Positions 17,972-24,422 of a stretch of 24,422 nucleotides of DNA are shown piece after piece. The stretch is from positions 1 through 24,422 of the forward strand of contig JBMYPC010000037.1 of NCBI GenBank assembly GCA_049599895.1. The letters are read 5' to 3'. The notes beneath the pieces are model-generated. The model saw only the letters and a program-made list of their open reading frames with translations, was not told where the DNA came from and ran no database searches. How positions within the stretch are numbered: position 1 is the stretch's first letter; the number at the start of each line of letters is the position of its first letter. A program made the translations under genes and the position numbers. Source of the DNA: Bacteriovoracaceae bacterium (GTDB lineage Bacteria; Bdellovibrionota; Bacteriovoracia; Bacteriovoracales; Bacteriovoracaceae).

Positions 17972-18580
17972 ATGCCTTCATCTTTTTTGAAACTTTTTTC
18001 CAAAAATCTCGTATTAAAGAGAAGCTCCTCTGAGGAGCTCATGGAAATGGTTAAAGAAGATTCACGGGAGGCCTTTGAAGTGCTTTATGATCGCCATAAA
18101 AATCAGATTCATTCTTATCTCGTGGCTTTAGTAAAAAGTCCTGAATGGGCCATGGAACTCACCCAGGAAAGCTTTCTTAGGGCCTATGAAAAAAGAGCTC
18201 TTTATAAGAAAGGTCATACTTTCACCAGCTGGCTTTATTCCATTTCAAGAAATTTAAGTATTGATGAACTTAAAAGAAAAGATGCAACTCGGTTCACAGT
18301 AGAACTTAAAGACGCTGAAGGAGAGATTCTTCCAGCTGCAGAACTTCCCTCCAGTGAACGAGGGCCATTTGAAAACACATTAAAAAATAGAGAATCAGAG
18401 AAGTTGAAAGCCTCTCTTTCAAAACTTCCTGATCAATATAAAGATGTCCTACTCCTTAGAGTTTTTTCAGAGATGTCTTACGATGAAATCGCAAAAGAAC
18501 TTGGTATCAAAGTAAGCTCCGTCAAAACCCATCTTAATAGGGCAAAGAAGAAATTAATGGAAATAATGAAGGAAGATTGA
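17972..18580 (+). CDS. ECF (sigma-70 group 4) RNA polymerase sigma factor
   Basis: Region 2 AFEVLYDRH...ELTQESFLRAY...FTSWLYSISRN; region 4 LPDQYKDVLLL...MSYDEIAKELG...VKTHLNRAKKKL. True start may be later (ATG 18041/18047). Confidence 0.93.
   Translation: MPSSFLKLFSKNLVLKRSSSEELMEMVKEDSREAFEVLYDRHKNQIHSYLVALVKSPEWAMELTQESFLRAYEKRALYKKGHTFTSWLYSISRNLSIDELKRKDATRFTVELKDAEGEILPAAELPSSERGPFENTLKNRESEKLKASLSKLPDQYKDVLLLRVFSEMSYDEIAKELGIKVSSVKTHLNRAKKKLMEIMKED
17988..18017 (+). promoter_or_regulatory. Autoregulatory ECF sigma promoter (TGAAAC-N16-CGTA)
   Basis: Plus strand TGAAAC TTTTTTCCAAAAATCT CGTA TTAA; the first 13 and last 9 nt are identical to the divergent copy. Confidence 0.78.
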
Positions 18581-18583
18581 TTC

Positions 18584-18943
18584 ATGAATCATGATGATAA
18601 GAACTTTAAAAACATTCTCAGATCAAAATTGAAAGAAGAACTTCTTTCAAAAGACTTTGATCAGAAGTTTTGGAATGAGTTTGATAGAAAATTCCCTATC
18701 ACCCACACGGCTCCTTCATTTTTTCAATCCTCATATATTAGCTTTGCCAGTGTTCTTTTTATTGCTCTTTTGGGAGGTCTTTTCTTTCATCAAGCAATGA
18801 ACATCGATGGTCAGCTTGAAAAAAGAATAAGCTACCAAGAGCTAATGGAAGATTATGAGTTCATAAGCTTTCTTGAAGAACAAGAATTTGAAAACTTTGA
18901 TGAACTTAGTGAATTGATAGGAACTATTGATGAAAATAGCTAA
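18584..18943 (+). CDS. Putative single-pass anti-sigma factor
   Basis: 3 nt after the sigma stop; ~50-aa cytoplasmic N-terminus, one TM helix (ISFASVLFIALLGGLFF), acidic C-terminal tail. Confidence 0.7.
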   Translation: MNHDDKNFKNILRSKLKEELLSKDFDQKFWNEFDRKFPITHTAPSFFQSSYISFASVLFIALLGGLFFHQAMNIDGQLEKRISYQELMEDYEFISFLEEQEFENFDELSELIGTIDENS

Positions 18944-19157
18944 ATCCTTTTTTCTTTTTATTGCCCTATTCGTCTTGTCGATACCGACTTCTCTATGGGC
19001 GCTAACAGATGAAGAAAATGAAATTGTCGCCAATCTCGATTTTTATCTCGAGTACGAAGTTTTAGAAAGAGATGACTTTGATGAGATACTTGTCAGTGAA
19101 GAAAAAATAAAAGAGGAAAACTCTGAAGGTGCAAAAGGTCTTAAAGATGAAAACTAA
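18927..19157 (+). CDS. Small acidic secreted protein
   Basis: Overlaps both neighbours; signal peptide ending SLWA; acidic mature part EIVANLDFYLEYEVLE. Confidence 0.65.
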   Translation: MMKIAKSFFLFIALFVLSIPTSLWALTDEENEIVANLDFYLEYEVLERDDFDEILVSEEKIKEENSEGAKGLKDEN

Positions 19158-19668
19158 TCTATGGAAAATAACTCTTTTACTTTTTTCCCTCGCTAATTTC
19201 CCTCTTTTAGCTCAAGAACAGAGCACTCCTAAAACACCGACCCAGGAGCAAAGAGAAAGGTGGAACAAGTTATCTCCTGAGCAGAAGGCCAAATTAAAAC
19301 AAAGACATAAACGTTGGAAGTCGCTTCCCAATGAAAAAAAGAAAGTTCTGAAAAGAAGGTTTGAGCGCTTTAAAAAGCTCTCTCCAGGAAAAAGACAAAG
19401 GATGCTAAGACGCTTTAAAAAGTTTCAAAGTCTTTCTCCTGAAAAAAAGCAAAAAATTCGAAAGAAATTTAAAAAATTTCGAAAACTTCCAAAAGATCAA
19501 CAAAGAGAAGTTCTTAAAAAGTTTAAGAAAAAAAGAAAGCTCCATAAAAGAAAAAGAAACCTCGGGGAAAGAAAAAGACTGGAAGGTCTTACACCAGAGC
19601 AAAGAAGGCGAGTTTTACAAAGAAGAAGGCAACTTCGAAATCTTCGACAATCTTCGCCTTCTCCTTAA
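19147..19668 (+). CDS. DUF3106-like basic periplasmic repeat protein
   Basis: ATG 19147, signal peptide (LLA-Q), 18-aa repeats [WF]xxLspEx[KR]; DUF3106 genes commonly follow ECF/anti-sigma pairs. Confidence 0.75.
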   Translation: MKTNLWKITLLLFSLANFPLLAQEQSTPKTPTQEQRERWNKLSPEQKAKLKQRHKRWKSLPNEKKKVLKRRFERFKKLSPGKRQRMLRRFKKFQSLSPEKKQKIRKKFKKFRKLPKDQQREVLKKFKKKRKLHKRKRNLGERKRLEGLTPEQRRRVLQRRRQLRNLRQSSPSP

Positions 19669-19669
19669 A

Positions 19670-20890
19670 CTAGAAAGAAGCAATTAGACCTACTGAATAC
19701 GTCGAAACGGTGTAAGTAGGATCGTAATCTTCAACGTCCTTAAGATTTGAATCATTGATTGAATAACTAAGCTCTGCTAAAAAACTAATCCATTTTGTAA
19801 TGGGATAATCATAATTAAGAGTCCCACTCCAGGCCTTATCATATCTCCCCTTTCCTAATGTTTCATCGAGAACATAGGCTTTGTAGGAAAAATCAAGAGA
19901 ACCAGAAACGGAACCTTTTTTTGGATAATAATAAACTCCATAAGAAAGATCGATTCCTTCATTACTATTGAAATAGTATTCAGTGTCGTTCAGGTTATTT
20001 TGCGAAAACTGAACCGTTGTAAAATGCATGATGTTTTTTCGATTCTTCATAGGTTCAAAACGGGTATAGGAAATTTCATAGGTTTTACCAGCATAGGGAT
20101 CAAGGTCTTCATCTTCAGTGGTCGTGTTATAGAGATTAATCTCAACTCGATCCTTTTCTCGATAGGAGAAATTAAAGTTTGCCCCTTTTCTTCTATAAGT
20201 TTCCTGATCTTCATCCTCATCAATTGAAAGATAGGGACTTAATGAAATCTCAAAGTTTTTAAAATACTTTTGAAAAGAGACTCCGAGTTCTTTGTTATAA
20301 GAGTTTGAACTTGTTTGCTCAGAATATTCCGTTGCCGACATTGAAAAAGAAGCTTCACTATAAAAACTTTCTGTTTCATGGATACTAAAGGCAATACTCC
20401 CTGAAGAGTTTAGGCTTGTGTCTCCCTCCTCTGAATCAGAAGTCTTATAACTTGGGTTTGAGTGGCTTCCATACTTGGCCTCGATATCGGCACTAAATCT
20501 TGAAAGAAAGCTTTCTTTTTCCTCTTCTTCTAAACTCTCAAAATGATTCAAGTAAAGTTTGACGTTCTTTTTTAATGAAGGACTCAACCTTTTTTTTCTG
20601 AGATAACGAAAAATCTTATAGGCCTTTTCAGGCATCTCCATTTCGATATAGCTAAGGGCAAGATAATAAGCTCCAAGATTTCGAAGAGAGCTCTTCTTTT
20701 TCATCAATTTTTGATAATACTTCGCTGCTTGTTTAAAATTCTGATCAACGAAATATGAACTTCCTAGTTCGTAGAGAACCTCTGGGTTATTGGGACTTCT
20801 TTTATACTCTTGTTTCCAATAAGAAATATCATCCTGAGCAAAAAGAACATAAGGGGTTAAGAAAAAAAGAATAACGAGTAGACTTTTCAA
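19670..20890 (-). CDS. TPR-containing outer-membrane beta-barrel protein
   Basis: Signal peptide, two TPR-like repeats (NPEVLYELGSSYF..., GAYYLALSYIEM...), alternating beta-strand pattern and C-terminal YSVGLIASF beta-signal. Confidence 0.72.
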   Translation of the reverse strand: MKSLLVILFFLTPYVLFAQDDISYWKQEYKRSPNNPEVLYELGSSYFVDQNFKQAAKYYQKLMKKKSSLRNLGAYYLALSYIEMEMPEKAYKIFRYLRKKRLSPSLKKNVKLYLNHFESLEEEEKESFLSRFSADIEAKYGSHSNPSYKTSDSEEGDTSLNSSGSIAFSIHETESFYSEASFSMSATEYSEQTSSNSYNKELGVSFQKYFKNFEISLSPYLSIDEDEDQETYRRKGANFNFSYREKDRVEINLYNTTTEDEDLDPYAGKTYEISYTRFEPMKNRKNIMHFTTVQFSQNNLNDTEYYFNSNEGIDLSYGVYYYPKKGSVSGSLDFSYKAYVLDETLGKGRYDKAWSGTLNYDYPITKWISFLAELSYSINDSNLKDVEDYDPTYTVSTYSVGLIASF

Positions 20891-21661
20891 CTAAAGAATA
20901 TCCTTTCTCTTGGCTTCGAAATGGGGGTTCAATAAATCTTCTTTATTATATTTTAAAGGATCATCTGTTCCCGCAATCGTGATCTCACCACCAGCAGCTC
21001 TTAAGATAGCGTGGGCGGCTGCCGTGTCCCATTCATAAGTAGGGCCCAATCTTGGGTAATAATCAACTTCCCCTTCAGCAACCTTGCACATTTTAAGACT
21101 GGATCCGTATTGAAGGATTTCAATTTTTCCAAACTTCTCTTCGAGAACTTTGATCACAGCTTTGGTTTTATCAGTCATATGCGAGCGACTAGCAGCAACT
21201 CTAAACTTATGTTTACTCATGGTTCTTTGCGGAAGGGAATAAATCTTTTTTCCTCTTTCTACAAAAGCCCCATCCAAGCTTCCCCAATAAGTTTCTTTAA
21301 ACGCTGGTACATCGATCACACCAATCTTTGGCCCATCACTTTCGCAATAAGCGATATTCACTGTGAATTCGCCATTTCGTTTAATAAACTCTTTTGTTCC
21401 GTCGATGGGATCAACTAAAAAGAACTTGTCCCAAGATTTTCTCGTTTCGTAATCCTTCGCCTTAATTTCTTCAGAAATAATGGGAATATCTGGAAACTCT
21501 TTTTCTAGTGATTCAACGATGTATTTATTGGCGGCAAGGTCAGCCTTTGTCACAGGAGAGCCATCACCTTTTTCTTGGATACCAAAAGAGCTATCGGAGT
21601 TATAAATCTCCATTATGATTTTACCTGCTTCTTTTGTGATCTGAGTCATTATTTCAATCAT
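20891..21661 (-). CDS. cysQ: 3'(2'),5'-bisphosphate nucleotidase CysQ
   Basis: KGDGSPVTKADL, ISEE, LVDPIDGTKEFIKRNGEFTVNIA, SRSH, GSSLK, YPRLGPTYEWDTAAAHA. Confidence 0.95.
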   Translation of the reverse strand: MIEIMTQITKEAGKIIMEIYNSDSSFGIQEKGDGSPVTKADLAANKYIVESLEKEFPDIPIISEEIKAKDYETRKSWDKFFLVDPIDGTKEFIKRNGEFTVNIAYCESDGPKIGVIDVPAFKETYWGSLDGAFVERGKKIYSLPQRTMSKHKFRVAASRSHMTDKTKAVIKVLEEKFGKIEILQYGSSLKMCKVAEGEVDYYPRLGPTYEWDTAAAHAILRAAGGEITIAGTDDPLKYNKEDLLNPHFEAKRKDIL

Positions 21662-21725
21662 GTGATCTTCCTATGCTGAGCCTTGATCTTAGCTCACAGC
21701 AGCCCTAAAGACTATTTTAAATCAT

Positions 21726-22250
21726 TTACTTTAACCTATTAGAATCTCGTCTCAAGCTTCCTTGTAATATAGACAAAGGCAATTCTATACTATTCCCTTC
21801 AAATATCGAATCAAGGAAACTGTCAGATGAAGAACCTGTAGAGGGATGAATTGTTTAAAGTAATTTGAAGACGGCTTGTTGGAGTCTAGTCGATAGAACA
21901 GTACATTCTTCTCTTTTAATTCAAAACGACCGTTCTTAAAGTTGCTTACTAAGATATCGTAGGCTTCCGAAGAAAAGCTAGCTCCTTCCTGAAGACAAGA
22001 ATCAACTTCGTAAGAAATCTGTATTTTCGAAAATTCAAATCTAGCATCAACTTTATCTTCGCTCTCACTCGCTCTTGATGAACATTGCCGTGCACTCTTG
22101 GGCTTGCTTTCTTCAGGAATATGTCAAAATTTAGAAACCTCTGCTTGTTTTTTGAAAAGGATGCCCCCCCTGGCATTAACCAAAGTCATGTTCGTAATGG
22201 TGTTTTTTCCATGATACCCTACATGAAATTTGAAGGTAACAATGGGAAAG
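21726..22250 (-). pseudogene. Probable decayed gene remnant of unknown function
   Basis: Minus-strand frame with host-like codons, interrupted by one TGA (22124-22126), then open for 112 codons to TAG 21785. An alternative frame near 21840 continues to TAA 21726. 5' boundary approximate. Confidence 0.4.
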
Positions 22251-22259
22251 AAGAGAATT

Positions 22260-23561
22260 ATGCAAGAGAACTCCAAAAAACAACTTGGTCTTTTTGATGC
22301 TGTTTTTTTAGGCATTGGTGCAATGATTGGTGCTGGGATTTTTGCCCTTTTAGGTCAAGCGGGTGCCATTGCTCACAGTGCTGTTTTTATTTCATTCATT
22401 CTTGGAGGATTTATTGCTCTTTTAAGTGGTTACTCACTTAGTAAGCTTGGTGTACGTTTTCCCTCTGCCGGGGGTATTATTGAATATTTAGTCCAGTCCT
22501 ATGGAGTGGGATTTTTTTCTGGGGGCATGAGTATTGCCCTCTATATTGCAGCACTCATTGCTCTTAGCTTAATCGCAAAGGCCTTTGGCAGTTATGCAAG
22601 TGTGTTTTTCCCTGAGCTTAGCTATCTTAAAGAATTACTAGCAGTATCCATCATTATTATTTTTACTTTAATAAATCTTAGTGGTGCATCTAAGGTTACC
22701 AAAATTGAAAACATTATTGTTGTTTCAAAGGTTCTCATTTTAGTTGTCTTGGCATCTGCTGGGCTATTTTACTTAAATACTGATATGATCTCACCATCTA
22801 CCTACCCTTCTACATTTAATATCGCTTCAAGTATTGGGGTGACGTTTTTTGCTTATGAAGGCTTTCGTGTGATTACGAATACGGCAGAAGACCTAAAAGA
22901 TGTCGAAAAAAACCTCCCCTTGGCCATGTTTATTGCAATAGCAATTGTCATGCTTCTTTATATAGTTTTGTCTATTTCTGTTTTTGGAAACTTACCCTTG
23001 AATGAAGTTATTCAGTCTAAAGACTATGCTTTAGCTGAAGTTGCTAAACCTATTTTTGGTTCTCTAGGATTTAAAATTATGGTTTTAACAGCTCTTATTT
23101 CGACTTCTTCGGCAATTAATGCCAACCTTTTTGCTGTTACAAATGTAACTTATCAAATGGCAAAAAACCGTGAACTTCCTTCTGTTTTTGCTAAGCCCAT
23201 AGCTCATTCAAAAGAAGGACTCATCATAACTTCTATTCTTACTATTATATTAACCATGCTTTTTGACCTTGAACAAACAGCTATTATCGGTTCTATATCA
23301 ATTTTATTCATTCATGCCTGTGTCCATTTTGGCCACTTAAAGATTATAAAAGAAACAAAAGCCATAAGGAGTCTTGTTATATTAGCCTTATTAGGTACAG
23401 TCTCAGCTATTGGGCTTATTTCATGGTACCAGTTGAAAAAATCTCCTTTAGTTTTTTTCTATCTAATCATATTTATTGCCTTGTCTTTTCTAACAGAGTT
23501 TATAATTAAAAAAATTACAGATAAATCAATTCAGCCTAGAACACCTGTTATTAAAAAATAA
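22260..23561 (+). CDS. APC-family amino acid permease
   Basis: GIGAMIGAGIF (TM1), FPSAGG, FFAYEGF (TM6), ~12 hydrophobic helices; start placed at ATG 22260. Confidence 0.92.
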   Translation: MQENSKKQLGLFDAVFLGIGAMIGAGIFALLGQAGAIAHSAVFISFILGGFIALLSGYSLSKLGVRFPSAGGIIEYLVQSYGVGFFSGGMSIALYIAALIALSLIAKAFGSYASVFFPELSYLKELLAVSIIIIFTLINLSGASKVTKIENIIVVSKVLILVVLASAGLFYLNTDMISPSTYPSTFNIASSIGVTFFAYEGFRVITNTAEDLKDVEKNLPLAMFIAIAIVMLLYIVLSISVFGNLPLNEVIQSKDYALAEVAKPIFGSLGFKIMVLTALISTSSAINANLFAVTNVTYQMAKNRELPSVFAKPIAHSKEGLIITSILTIILTMLFDLEQTAIIGSISILFIHACVHFGHLKIIKETKAIRSLVILALLGTVSAIGLISWYQLKKSPLVFFYLIIFIALSFLTEFIIKKITDKSIQPRTPVIKK

Positions 23562-23576
23562 TGGACCATGGACCCT

Positions 23577-23606
23577 AAAAAAAGAAGAAGAATCGTTGAA
23601 CAACGA
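23577..23606 (-). terminator. Possible weak terminator after tRNA-Pro
   Basis: Minus strand TCGTT-GTTC-AACGA followed by TTCTTCTTCTTTTTTT, 5 nt after the tRNA CCA. Confidence 0.4.
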
Positions 23607-23611
23607 GATAG

Positions 23612-23688
23612 TGGTCGGAGCGACTGGATTCGAACCAGCGACCCCTTGCTCCCAAAGCAAGTGCGCTACCAGGCTGCGCTACGCTCCG
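23612..23688 (-). tRNA. tRNA-Pro (anticodon TGG)
   Basis: CGGAGCG acceptor stem, D arm GCGCAGCCTGGTAGCGC, anticodon arm CTTGC-TTTGGGA-GCAAG, T loop GGTTCGAATCC, encoded CCA; 77 nt. Confidence 0.97.
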
Positions 23689-23735
23689 ATCTTCCTGGTG
23701 TCTGAGATAAAATCAGTAACACTTTATAAGTAATC

Positions 23736-24338
23736 TCATGGAGATTGGCAATTCTTAGTAGTCAAAAATTCACACAGATAGCGACACGCCGCAGCTCGAT
23801 GACTGTGCTTATCCTTCCAAAGCGCCTGTTCTGCAAGGGTTTTCGAACTTTCACCCTTCTCGGGTAAAAATACCGGATCATAGCCAAAGCCCTCTGTGCC
23901 CCGATAAAAAGTTGCGATCTCCCCTTCTACTCGCCCCTCAAAAAAGTAATGCTCATCCGGTGAGAGATAGAGGCAAAGAACACAGATAAAATAGGCTTTA
24001 CGATTTTCCTCTCCTTCAAGCTTTTCAAGGAGATGCCTTGCCCTCATTTCATCATCAAAGCTTGGATCTCCAAACCTCTTTGAATAAACTCCAAGGTCAT
24101 TGGGAAGGGCCTCCACACAAAGTCCAGAATCATCTGAAAGTGAAGGTGTGCCAAATTTCTCATAAAAACCTTTGGCCTTTAAAAGAGCATTTTCATAAAA
24201 AGTTTCGCCAGTTTCTTCAACATCAAATGAGCTATCTGAAAGTTCAATCTCTAAAGGAGTTTCTTTTAAAAGAACTTTAAACTCAGAAAGTTTGTGCTTA
24301 TTGTTTGAAGCAAGAAGGACTTTTGTTTTAGTACTCAA
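23736..24338 (-). CDS. rdgB: RdgB/HAM1 non-canonical purine NTP pyrophosphatase
   Basis: ASNNKHKLSE, VEETGETFYENALLKA, SDDSGLCVEAL, GFGYDPVF, SHR. Confidence 0.95.
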   Translation of the reverse strand: MSTKTKVLLASNNKHKLSEFKVLLKETPLEIELSDSSFDVEETGETFYENALLKAKGFYEKFGTPSLSDDSGLCVEALPNDLGVYSKRFGDPSFDDEMRARHLLEKLEGEENRKAYFICVLCLYLSPDEHYFFEGRVEGEIATFYRGTEGFGYDPVFLPEKGESSKTLAEQALWKDKHSHRAAACRYLCEFLTTKNCQSP

Positions 24339-24344
24339 GGATCG

Positions 24345-24422
24345 TTATCCGTTTAGAGTTTCTGATTGTTTTTCAAAAACATCTTTCAATGCAGTTTCTG
24401 CACAAGTCACAAGGTCATTGAG
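24345..24422 (-). CDS. rph: C-terminal 25 aa of probable ribonuclease PH (runs off right edge)
   Basis: LNDLVTCAETALKDVFEKQSETLNG* resembles the RNase PH last helix; directly upstream of rdgB as in the conserved rph-rdgB pair. Confidence 0.6.
   Translation of the reverse strand, partial: LNDLVTCAETALKDVFEKQSETLNG

Noticed and set aside
22124..22126. In-frame TGA as selenocysteine or recoded Trp
   Set aside because: No redox-motif context or obvious SECIS hairpin; TGA is used as a normal stop elsewhere (sigma, rdgB); a further probable frameshift favours decay.
23561..23688. Prophage or integrative element at tRNA-Pro
   Set aside because: No integrase, phage genes or duplicated tRNA 3' end found by eye in this window.
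1..24422. CRISPR array, IS element or DNA-level tandem repeat array
   Set aside because: No regularly spaced nucleotide repeats, transposase or cas genes seen; the repeats found are at protein level with diverged DNA.

Overview
AT-rich bacterial chromosomal window. Gene content (TIGR02147/DUF4423 HTH protein, many signal-peptide hypotheticals and hydrolases, rph-rdgB-tRNA-Pro) suggests a Bdellovibrionota/Bacteriovoracia-like predator; this taxonomy is an inference. The housekeeping backbone is rimO (cut by the left edge), an Slt70-like lytic transglycosylase, lolA, smc, tatA, cysQ, tRNA-Pro(TGG), rdgB and the 3' end of rph. Interspersed accessory genes include two secreted alpha/beta hydrolases, a secreted Ntn (choloylglycine hydrolase/penicillin V acylase-type) hydrolase, several secreted hypotheticals, a TPR + beta-barrel outer-membrane protein and an APC amino-acid permease. 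The best find is a self-contained ECF sigma module (17400-19668). Two near-identical divergent promoters (TGAAACTTTTTTC-N8-TCGTATTAA, i.e. TGAAAC-N16-CGTA) point at the sigma / anti-sigma / small acidic protein / DUF3106-like operon and at a divergent, highly basic secreted protein. Other notable items are a secreted protein built from a 28-aa Trp/Tyr tandem repeat, an rppH gene truncated inside its Nudix box, an unannotated decayed gene next to the tRNA-linked permease, and a recurring IHF-like intergenic motif. No CRISPR array, integrase or transposase was seen.
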